Assembly (NCBI GenBank): GCA_037481835.1 | Contig: JBBFKW010000009.1 | Coordinates: 83,786-147,785 of the forward strand | Length of the DNA stretch: 64,000 nt | Direction: 5' to 3' | Source: Desulfosoma sp. | GTDB taxonomy: Bacteria > Desulfobacterota > Syntrophobacteria > Syntrophobacterales > DSM-9756 | Shown here: positions 43,979 to 52,140 of the stretch, in pieces | Numbering within the stretch: the stretch's first letter is position 1 | Layout: each line of letters begins with the position of its first letter | Position numbers and translations under genes: made by a program | Notes under the pieces: generated by a model | The model's database searches: none | What the model saw: only the letters and a program-made list of their open reading frames with translations | Told to the model about the DNA's origin: nothing

Positions 43979-45235
43979 ATGACGGCCGTTACGGATCTCA
44001 TTCGCCGCCTTGAAGAAGCTTCTCCGGATATCCAAGATATCCGAACGGCTGTGCTTTTTATTCTCCAGCAGTGGGAAACCCTGAAACAACACGAAGACCT
44101 GGGACAAAAACTCGCAGATTTGACGGATGCCGTGCGCCAATCGAATAGGGCGCAATCGCGAACCGACGAAGTTCTCCTGCAGTTGGCCGAGGCCCAAAAA
44201 CGCACTGAAGAGAGCCTTGGAAAACTCGCGCACCACGTCGATCAACTCACAGAGCGGCTCGATCAACTTACTCAACGCGTCGACCAACTCGCCCAACGGG
44301 TCGATCAGCTCGCAGACGCCCAAAAACGCACCGAAGAGAGCCTTGAAAAACTCACCCAGCGGGTCGATCAACTCACAGAGCGGCTCGATCAACTTACTCA
44401 ACGCGTCGATCAACTCGCCCAACGGGTCGATCAGCTTGCAGAGGCCCAAAAACGCACCGAAGAGAGCCTTGGGAAACTCACCCAGCGGGTCGATCAGCTT
44501 ACAGAACGACTCGACCAGCTCACGCAGCGGGTCGATCAACTGACAGAACGACTTGATCAGCTCACCCAGCGCGTCGATCAGCTTACAGAACGACTCGACC
44601 AACTCACCCAGCGGGTCGATCAGCTCACAGAACGACTTGATCAACTCACGCAGCGCGTCGATCAGCTTACAGAACGACTCGACCAACTCACCCAGCGGGT
44701 CGATCAGCTCACCCAACGGGTGGATCAATTAGCGGTAAGGTTCGACCAGCTCGCCGAAGCCCAAAAGCGCACCGAAGAGACCCTCCAGGGCCTCATCAAG
44801 GAATTCAAGGGCTTCAAGAAGACCCTGGGGGGTGTCACGGACGCTGTGGGTTATGGGCTCGAAGACCGCATCATCTCTCTTATTCCGGCTTTTGCGGCCC
44901 GTGAATACGACCTTCAGGTCAAGACAGCCCTCCGCCGCTTCATTGAATATCCGGACGGGCGCACCGACGAACTGAACATCTACGCCGAAGGACAGCGCCA
45001 AGGGAAGCCTGTGGCCTTGATCGGGGAATGCAAGTCTCAACCGGGTAAGGGCGACCTGAAAGACTTCGCCAGAAAGGTGGAGCGACTCAGGCGGCATCTC
45101 GGAATGGAGGTGGAGCCGTTCCTCGTGGGCTACAGCATCACGCCGGATGTGGCCCGCTACGCCGCGGCCGAATACCCACACATCAAGCTCTTTTGGAGCT
45201 ATGAATTTGAAATTTTGCGCGAATCTTCGCGCTGA
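43979..45235 (+). CDS. Long heptad-repeat coiled-coil protein with C-terminal PD-(D/E)xK-like domain (DUF3782-like architecture)
   Basis: About 200 aa of heptads, then LGGVTDAVGYGLED, ELNIYAEG, IGECKS. Confidence 0.75.
   Translation: MTAVTDLIRRLEEASPDIQDIRTAVLFILQQWETLKQHEDLGQKLADLTDAVRQSNRAQSRTDEVLLQLAEAQKRTEESLGKLAHHVDQLTERLDQLTQRVDQLAQRVDQLADAQKRTEESLEKLTQRVDQLTERLDQLTQRVDQLAQRVDQLAEAQKRTEESLGKLTQRVDQLTERLDQLTQRVDQLTERLDQLTQRVDQLTERLDQLTQRVDQLTERLDQLTQRVDQLTERLDQLTQRVDQLTQRVDQLAVRFDQLAEAQKRTEETLQGLIKEFKGFKKTLGGVTDAVGYGLEDRIISLIPAFAAREYDLQVKTALRRFIEYPDGRTDELNIYAEGQRQGKPVALIGECKSQPGKGDLKDFARKVERLRRHLGMEVEPFLVGYSITPDVARYAAAEYPHIKLFWSYEFEILRESSR
44183..44782 (+). repeat. Intragenic tandem repeat (21-nt unit with 42-nt and 126-nt higher-order units)
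   Basis: Units encoding LTERLDQ, LTQRVDQ and LAEAQKRTEE; five consecutive 42-nt units from about 44499. Confidence 0.95.
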
Positions 45236-45456
45236 GGATCGCGGCACGATCCCAGTAAAGCCGGATATATACTGTCGGCTTGCAAAGCCTTGGCAGGCTT
45301 TCGGCAGGGCACTTCGCAAGGCCGATGCGCGCTTCCCCGTGGTGTGCGCGATTTCGCAATGACGGCACTAAAAACCGGGGTTTCGGCATCCCCGCCGACG
45401 ACCCCGGCGATCCACGATGCGCCTGGTTCTAGGGCACGAAGCCCCGACGGCGCGCA

Positions 45457-45657
45457 CTACGCCGCCTTACCCATGAGCATGCTTTCCAAGGCAGCCCGTT
45501 TCGCGGCAAATTCCCCCGTAAACATGGGCGGACAGGCTTTGAGATCCACTTCCTTTTTGGCCAGCTTGGCGGCAAACGCCATGCACGTGGCCTCTCCACA
45601 TTCCTTGCAATTGGTCTTAGGCAAATGCTTTAAAATTTCCACAACGTTGAGCTTCAT
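45457..45657 (-). CDS. Small stand-alone Fe-S domain protein (AcsC/CdhE N-terminal-like)
   Basis: LPKTNCKECGEATCMAFA...CP; GGAGG RBS. Confidence 0.85.
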   Translation of the reverse strand: MKLNVVEILKHLPKTNCKECGEATCMAFAAKLAKKEVDLKACPPMFTGEFAAKRAALESMLMGKAA

Positions 45658-45998
45658 GCTTCCACCTCCTTTCCCTCAAGTTCAGGGAGTTGCCTTTCGG
45701 TCGGCGCCTTCGCGACGCCGCTCTCGTCAGCCCAAAAGCCGGCGGTCTCAGTCATGAAGCGCAGGAGCAAGGACGGCACAGGAACCCAACACCCGCATCC
45801 GAAAAGCGACTCAACGTATTGAATAGCCGATTTTTTATAACCAGCCCTGTTCAAAATCGTCAACCCCGCAGGGGGCCCTCCAGCCAAAAGGCAAAAAATA
45901 CTCGGAATGCTTGTGCTGATCGCTCGAAACGAGGGCATGGACCTCGGCCAGGAACATGCAACGGCCGGGGGCGTCTCTGCGCGGAGGATCTTCGGGGA

Positions 45999-47447
45999 TC
46001 AGTCCGTTTTCGGGCCGGGCGTGCGAAATTTTTCGGCGTGGACGCCGAAACGCCGCAGGATCTGTTGCAGCGCCTGCCGCTCCAGCCCGCATCGTTTGGC
46101 GGCCTGGGTGACATTGCCTCCGCAGGTCGCCAGAAGGTTTTCCAAATAGAGCCGATGAAAACGCTGAAGGACCACTTCCTTGGCTTCCTTGTACGGCAGG
46201 TTCTGGAGGCTTCCGTCGTCAAAGACTAGGCATGATCGGTGTTCCGGGGCAAACCCCACATGTTCCGGGCGGATTTCTTCCCCCGGGGCGAAGAGGATGC
46301 CGCGCATAACGGCGTTTTCCAGTTCCCGCACGTTCCCTTCCCACTCCCGGCGCAGGAAAATTTCCATCAGTTCCGGGGAAATGGTCTTGCACGGCCGGCG
46401 CAGTTCGGCGCAGTGCTTCTTGAGGAAATGGTCGCACAACAGCGGGATGTCTTCCCGGCGTCGGCGCAGAGGCGGCATTTCGATGGGCACCACGTTCAAC
46501 CGATAATACAGGTCCTCGCGAAATTCGCCGACTCGGATTTTTTCCTGCAAATCCCTGTTGGTGGACGCCACCACCCTCACGTCCACCTTGATGGTTTTGG
46601 TGTCCCCGAGGGGCTTGATGGTTTTTTCCTGGAGCACCCTCAGGAGCTTCGTTTGGATGGCGGGGGAAATGTCCCCGATTTCATCCAAGAAAAGCGTCCC
46701 CCTATGGGCTTCCTGAAACAGCCCGATCTTGTTTTGGGTCGCATGGGTGAAGGCCCCCTTCTTGTATCCGAAAAGCTCGCTTTCCAGGATGTTTTCCGGC
46801 ACCGTCGGGCAATTGACCGCAACGAATGGACCGTGGCTGCGCTCACTCAGGTTGTGAATGGCCCGCGCCACAAGGTCTTTGCCCGTGCCGGACTCCCCGG
46901 TGATGAGAACCGTCAAGTCGGAAGGGGCCACCATCTGGATGGCGTCGAAGACGCGGCGCATGGCGGGGCTGCCGCCTACGATGTTCTGAAAAGCGCCCTC
47001 CCCCCTGGAGCGCCGCTGCAGGCGCACATTTTCCCGTAAGAGGCGGTTGCGTTCCAAAGCCTTACGCAGCGTAAAAACCAACGTTTCATGGTCGAAGGGC
47101 TTGCTGATGAAATCGTAAGCGCCCTGCCGCATGGCCTGAACCGCCAGTTCCACGCAGCCGTGGGCCGTCATCATGATGGCGGTCACCCAGGGATGCATCG
47201 CCCGCAGGCGCTCGAGGAATTCCAAACCGTCCATGCCGGGCATTTTCATGTCCACCAGCACCACGTCCACGGGCTCTTCCTCCAGTATCTGCAAAGCGCT
47301 TTCTCCGGAAGAAGCCGTCAGGACCTCGCAGTCCACGTCCTTGACCAGGCTGCGCTTCAAAAGACGCAGGAAGTCCGCTTCGTCGTCCACGATGAGGACC
47401 CGGTCCTTGATCTTTTCCGCGTTTTCGGGGGTGTGGCCGTCAGTCAT
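45999..47447 (-). CDS. Sigma54-dependent response regulator (NtrC family)
   Basis: REC domain, GESGTGKD, ESELFG..KGAFTHA, LFLDEIG, WEGNVREL, Fis HTH. Confidence 0.95.
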   Translation of the reverse strand: MTDGHTPENAEKIKDRVLIVDDEADFLRLLKRSLVKDVDCEVLTASSGESALQILEEEPVDVVLVDMKMPGMDGLEFLERLRAMHPWVTAIMMTAHGCVELAVQAMRQGAYDFISKPFDHETLVFTLRKALERNRLLRENVRLQRRSRGEGAFQNIVGGSPAMRRVFDAIQMVAPSDLTVLITGESGTGKDLVARAIHNLSERSHGPFVAVNCPTVPENILESELFGYKKGAFTHATQNKIGLFQEAHRGTLFLDEIGDISPAIQTKLLRVLQEKTIKPLGDTKTIKVDVRVVASTNRDLQEKIRVGEFREDLYYRLNVVPIEMPPLRRRREDIPLLCDHFLKKHCAELRRPCKTISPELMEIFLRREWEGNVRELENAVMRGILFAPGEEIRPEHVGFAPEHRSCLVFDDGSLQNLPYKEAKEVVLQRFHRLYLENLLATCGGNVTQAAKRCGLERQALQQILRRFGVHAEKFRTPGPKTD

Positions 47448-48978
47448 TGCGCCCGCCAAGTTCCAATGGTTCCGCCGTCACCGGAAGCAGGACCGTGAAG
47501 ACGGATCCCTTGCCTGGTTCGCTTTCCACAAAAATTTCACCGCCGTGGTCCTTGACGATCCCATAGCTCACCGAAAGCCCCAATCCCGTTCCCTCGCCGG
47601 GGCTCTTGGTCGTAAAGAAAGGGTCGAAAATAAGCGGGAGATGCTTTGGATCGATCCCCGTGCCCGTATCCGACACCGACACACGGACGTGCTTTCGGTC
47701 GTCGCTCAAAACGGTCCGGATGGAAATCCGCCCGTCCTTTCCGATGGCTTGCTGCGCATTCATGATAAGGTTCAGGAAGACCTGGCTGAGCTTGGCCTTG
47801 TCCACCACCAGCGCCGGCACTTCCGGCTCGAAGCGCGTCTCCACCTCGATTCGGCGCAGCTCCAGATTGTGCCGCACGACGCTCAACACTTCGTGAATGA
47901 TGTCATGCAAGGAGGCAGGCTCTTTTTTCGTATGCGAACGGCGCGCAAAGCTGAGCAGATCCTCGACGATGGTCTTGCACGTGCGCGTGTGTTTTTCAAT
48001 GGTCTTGAGGTCCTCCAGGCGCTCCGTGCCTTCCGGCTCTTCGCGGATCAAAAGCTGCGTGTATCCCAGGATGATGCCCAGCGGATTGTTGATTTCATGG
48101 GCGACCCCGGCGGCGAGCTGACCGATGGAGGCCAGCTTGTCCGCCTGGAGCAATTGCTGCTGCATGGCCTTGCGCTGGGAAATATCTTTTGCCACAAAGT
48201 GAAAGATCTCCGTCTTTTCCGAGACGTCGCATTGGGAGGCGGCGCTGAGCAAGGCGCTGATTTCTCTTCCATCACGCCCCACCAGTTCGACTTCTGCATC
48301 GGTCACGGAACCCTCCCGTTGCAGCCGCTCCTTAAGCTCATCCCATTCCTCGCGGCGGGCGAAAAACATCCCGAAGGAGAGGCGCTCGTCCCCAGCCCCC
48401 CACCGAGGATTCTGGCCGTCGACCCCCAGCATTTTCCGGCCCGCCGGGTTCATATCCAGCACAGTGCCGTCCGACGCCACCACGGCGATCATGTCGAGGG
48501 ACGTCTCGAAAATGCGGCGGAATTTCTGCTCCGAACGCGCCAATTCGGCCGTCCGCTCGGACACCAAATCCTCCAGCCGCTTGTTGAGGTTCACCAGGCT
48601 TTCGTGAGCGTCCCGCAAGGCGCGCCGATCGCGAAGAATCTGCTGATAGACCTTCCAGATCCTTTCGAAAAAAAGCGTCACCGCACCCACGACGCAAAAG
48701 CTGATGGTGTTCAGCGATCCGCTGTACGGTCTCAAAGCATCCCAAACGTCCCGATATCCGCCCAGAAGAAGGAGTTGCTTGGCAATATGCCCCACACCGC
48801 GCGAAACGGCGAAGATTGCCAGCGCGTGGGACACCATCAATAAATAGATCCAGAGCACGTTCTCGCGGTCCTGAACGTGAAGTCTATAGGACAGGCGCAC
48901 ACACGCCCCGGCAAAAAAGATCATGAGGGCGGAACCCAGGAGATCGACCACGAAGATGGGCAAGATCGGGAAGGTCAT
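47440..48978 (-). CDS. Membrane-bound PAS sensor histidine kinase
   Basis: N-terminal TM helices, PAS domain, AHEINNPL H-box, N/G1/F/G2 boxes. Confidence 0.93.
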   Translation of the reverse strand: MTFPILPIFVVDLLGSALMIFFAGACVRLSYRLHVQDRENVLWIYLLMVSHALAIFAVSRGVGHIAKQLLLLGGYRDVWDALRPYSGSLNTISFCVVGAVTLFFERIWKVYQQILRDRRALRDAHESLVNLNKRLEDLVSERTAELARSEQKFRRIFETSLDMIAVVASDGTVLDMNPAGRKMLGVDGQNPRWGAGDERLSFGMFFARREEWDELKERLQREGSVTDAEVELVGRDGREISALLSAASQCDVSEKTEIFHFVAKDISQRKAMQQQLLQADKLASIGQLAAGVAHEINNPLGIILGYTQLLIREEPEGTERLEDLKTIEKHTRTCKTIVEDLLSFARRSHTKKEPASLHDIIHEVLSVVRHNLELRRIEVETRFEPEVPALVVDKAKLSQVFLNLIMNAQQAIGKDGRISIRTVLSDDRKHVRVSVSDTGTGIDPKHLPLIFDPFFTTKSPGEGTGLGLSVSYGIVKDHGGEIFVESEPGKGSVFTVLLPVTAEPLELGGRND

Positions 48979-49460
48979 GGTCTTTCGTCGTCCTGAGGCG
49001 AAAACCGATGGGGAGACCGGGTCATGTGTCGAAGAGCCAAATAGAGGAAAATGATGGCCGGAACACAGAGCAGATGGTCCATCTTGCACACGTAAAACAG
49101 CACGGTCACCCATTCCCGGCCGGGGTACGGCTGGAGAAAGGCATGAAGGGTCCCTTGAGAAAACTTCATGAAAAGATCATCACGGTTTTCCAGGTAATGC
49201 ACCACAATGGCATCCACATTCCACAGCACGAAAAGCAACGCTGAATACTGAAGGTAGCGCCACCCGCGATCCCGAATCAAACGACGGCCTCGAAGCCAGT
49301 AGACCAAAACCCCCATGGACAGGACGAAGAACCCGTGCCCCAGTTGGTGGCTGTAAAGCCCCTCAGGCTCGGCATGGACCTGGGTCGCCCAGGCCATGCA
49401 GGGAATGCCGATCACCCCAAGAAGAGCCAAAAAGGCTACCGTCAAGTTCCTGATATCCAA
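48975..49460 (-). CDS. Hypothetical membrane protein coupled to the kinase
   Basis: Signal-like N-terminus plus about three TM segments; TTG start after GGAGG; stop overlaps the kinase ATG. Confidence 0.72.
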   Translation of the reverse strand: MDIRNLTVAFLALLGVIGIPCMAWATQVHAEPEGLYSHQLGHGFFVLSMGVLVYWLRGRRLIRDRGWRYLQYSALLFVLWNVDAIVVHYLENRDDLFMKFSQGTLHAFLQPYPGREWVTVLFYVCKMDHLLCVPAIIFLYLALRHMTRSPHRFSPQDDERP

Positions 49461-49721
49461 AAGGATCCTCCGCCTCGTTCGTTTTTCCCCTGCCCTCTGC
49501 CTTTACCTCAGGCGACTCAAAAGGTCAATCGCAGGTCGTCGCCTCTTCCGACATTTTCGGACGGGGGCAGCTGAAAGGAGGATTCCCGAAATTCGGGGGG
49601 AGGTGAGCCCAAGGGCTTTACAGGGATGGGAAAAGCACGAAAACGGGAATGGATAAGGAAAAAACAGCGAGGCATCCTTCCGGTCAGGAAGCGAGCCACG
49701 GAAGGAACGTTTCCGGAAAGA

Positions 49722-50435
49722 TCAAAAACCGACGCTGGGGATCTCCCGTGCGGTGTTTCGAGGACGGCCCCGTCCCCGCTTCCACGTGATACCGTATTGG
49801 TGCACCTTCTTGTGGAGCGTGGATCGGTGCAGGCCCAGGACGCGGGCGGCCCGTGAGACGTTTCCTTCCCAGTGCGCGAGGACGTTTTCGATGTGCCGCC
49901 GTTCCACTTCGGCGAGGCTCAGTTCCACAGGCACCCAAAATCCATCCTGGACCATGCCGATATGGCGTTGCATAGCCGGGGAATCCTCTGGCGGGTTCTC
50001 AAAGCCCATGACCCGATGGATCTCCTCTCGAAGGAGCGCGTTTTCCATCATCAGAGCCTTCATGCGCATGAGGCGCGCCATGAGCGGCTCCAAGAGATCC
50101 GGGGCCGGGGGCTTGATCAAAAAGTCGGCGGCCCCTGCCTTTACAGCCTCCGCAGCCGCTTCCCCGAACGCCCCATGGGTGCGATCCGCCATCACAACCA
50201 CAAGGGCCTCGGGGCATCTTTCCTTGACCTGTTGAAGCACAGCCAACCCGTCCATGCCGGGCATGGTCATGTCCCAAAAGACGATATCAAAAATCTGCCG
50301 GTCGAGCCTTTCCAAGGCCTCTTCGGCACAATTCGCGTCGTCCGCTTCGTAGCCCTGGTTTCCGAGCCAGCGGCGCAGGAATTCCCGTTGATTTTCTTCG
50401 TCGTCCACGATGAGGATGTTCGGGCGTCGCTTCAT
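49722..50435 (-). CDS. Response regulator with REC + Fis-type HTH, lacking the AAA+ domain
   Basis: ILIVDDE, DMTMPGMDG, FLIKP; then LSLAEVERRHI...GNVSRAARVLGLHRSTL. Confidence 0.82.
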   Translation of the reverse strand: MKRRPNILIVDDEENQREFLRRWLGNQGYEADDANCAEEALERLDRQIFDIVFWDMTMPGMDGLAVLQQVKERCPEALVVVMADRTHGAFGEAAAEAVKAGAADFLIKPPAPDLLEPLMARLMRMKALMMENALLREEIHRVMGFENPPEDSPAMQRHIGMVQDGFWVPVELSLAEVERRHIENVLAHWEGNVSRAARVLGLHRSTLHKKVHQYGITWKRGRGRPRNTAREIPSVGF

Positions 50436-50560
50436 GCTGCCCCCTCAACGGCCGCCGTTGGGAAAGTCGTCGAAACGGAGTCCAACAAGCCCCGTGGAAT
50501 CCGCAACGGCGCGGATCGAAAATCTTCCAAGCGCAGCCTCCGCCCCGGATCTCGGCTTTC

Positions 50561-51319
50561 TCACCGCTGTTTCTGCCGCAAAGCCAGCTTGACCCGATCG
50601 GCGAGAAGTTTGGCGCACGTCGGGCAATACCGATGGTGTTCTTTCACATCCGGATGGGGCTGGACGTGCTTTTCCGCATATTCCATGAATTTTCGCGTGG
50701 CAAACGGCCGGCCGCAGGCTTGGCAGCGTTCCATGGCGTGGATGCCGATGATTTCATCCCGGATGGAAATGGTTCGAACCCCTTCGCTGTCGCACACCGT
50801 GATGGCGCCGGTGGGACAAATGTTGGCGCACGTCCCGCACCCGATACAGGCCCCTTCCACGGGCACCACGTAGTCAATCCCGTCGCGTTTTTCCATCCGC
50901 AACGCCCCCGCCCCGATGATTTCCTTGCACACCCGGATGCAGAGCCGGCAGCGCACGCAGCCGTCCGGCGGAGGGCCCAAGTCCACGCCGTACTGTTCGG
51001 CCAAATCCCGGATTCTCGTGCTCTGCGGGGCCATCTGCAAAAGCCTTCGGAAGGCCTTGGCCCGAGCGGCCTGGACGATTTCCCCCGAAGTCTTGATGTG
51101 CAGACCGTCCTTGACCGGCATGATGCACGAGAGCATGGCCACAGGACGTCCCGATTTGCCGACCACTTCCACGGCACACAGCCGGCAGCTGCCCGAGGGT
51201 TTCAGAGCGGGGTGGTAACAGAGCGTGGGAACTGCCACGCCGTGAGTCCGCAAGACCTGCAAAACGGTCTGCCCCTCTTCGGCTGGATAGTCCCGTCCGT
51301 CAACGGTAATGGTGACCAT
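50561..51319 (-). CDS. [2Fe-2S] + two-[4Fe-4S] protein (NuoG/HoxU N-terminal-like) with C-terminal four-Cys site
   Basis: PTLC...GSCRLC...SC, CVRCRLCIRVC, CIGCGTCANICP, CQACG...CPTC. Confidence 0.85.
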   Translation of the reverse strand: MVTITVDGRDYPAEEGQTVLQVLRTHGVAVPTLCYHPALKPSGSCRLCAVEVVGKSGRPVAMLSCIMPVKDGLHIKTSGEIVQAARAKAFRRLLQMAPQSTRIRDLAEQYGVDLGPPPDGCVRCRLCIRVCKEIIGAGALRMEKRDGIDYVVPVEGACIGCGTCANICPTGAITVCDSEGVRTISIRDEIIGIHAMERCQACGRPFATRKFMEYAEKHVQPHPDVKEHHRYCPTCAKLLADRVKLALRQKQR

Positions 51320-51336
51320 CTGGAGACACCTTTCTT

Positions 51337-51786
51337 TCAGTCGTATTGCGCATCTTCCAGGCGGTTGATGTAGTCCTGTAGGTAGGTGAGTTCCGCTTTT
51401 AACGAACCCACGTACTGGTGGATGATGTCTCGGATGGAAAGAACGCCGATGATCCGGCCTTGGGAAACCACGGGCATGTGCCGGATATCCGCCTGGACCA
51501 TGGCGGACATGACGGCGTTGAGGTCATCGTCCGGCCGGGCCACAATGAGCTTTTCCGTCATGGCGTCCCGCACGGCAATGGCCCCGAAGGGCTTGTCCCG
51601 AAATTTCAAATGAATTTTCAAGACATCCCTTTCCGTGAAAATTCCCGCAGGACGCCCTTTATCCATGACAATCAAGGCACTGACGTGCTTGGCGGCCATT
51701 TCGTCGATGGCTTCGTCCACCGTCTTGTCCACGTCGATGGTGTAAACATCGGACCCCTTGAGGGTGAGCACATCCTGAACTTTCAT
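51337..51786 (-). CDS. CBS-pair protein
   Basis: GIFTERD and IRHMPVV...GVLSIRD. Confidence 0.9.
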   Translation of the reverse strand: MKVQDVLTLKGSDVYTIDVDKTVDEAIDEMAAKHVSALIVMDKGRPAGIFTERDVLKIHLKFRDKPFGAIAVRDAMTEKLIVARPDDDLNAVMSAMVQADIRHMPVVSQGRIIGVLSIRDIIHQYVGSLKAELTYLQDYINRLEDAQYD

Positions 51787-51846
51787 GGCCGCTCCCTTAT
51801 TGACTCTCATTGAATCCGTATCGAACGGACAGGTTACGGCTCCCAC

Positions 51847-52059
51847 CTAATCCTGCACCACCCGAAGACAGTCCTGGGGAAAACGGTGCGTGCCCTTCTC
51901 ATCCAGCGTCACTTCAATCAAGTCGTTGGGATCGTTCTTGCTCGTATCCGGATCCGTAATGACACCCCGCACCCCGATATATTCGTCCATGTACGGTTCC
52001 CAGCTTTCGTCGCTGGATCTGCGGTAGATTTCCACTCTTTGACCGCGGCGAAAAGTCAT
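51847..52059 (-). CDS. Small hypothetical protein, possibly SH3-like beta barrel
   Basis: 70-aa ORF with GGAGG RBS inside the operon; beta-strand pattern. Confidence 0.7.
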   Translation of the reverse strand: MTFRRGQRVEIYRRSSDESWEPYMDEYIGVRGVITDPDTSKNDPNDLIEVTLDEKGTHRFPQDCLRVVQD

Positions 52060-52140
52060 AGGGCACCTCCCTTTCCTGCGGTTCGTCCTGCCCCCCGCCG
52101 TTCCAGCGGCTCGAAGGGCGAAAGCCGGGGCCTCAGTTCG

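Noticed and set aside
43958..44728. Antisense repeat ORF (LIDPLGE units)
   Set aside because: Mirror image of the coiled-coil repeat; no independent evidence
44183..44782. Tandem repeats as a CRISPR array
   Set aside because: No unique spacers, unit length a multiple of 3 inside an ORF, no cas genes
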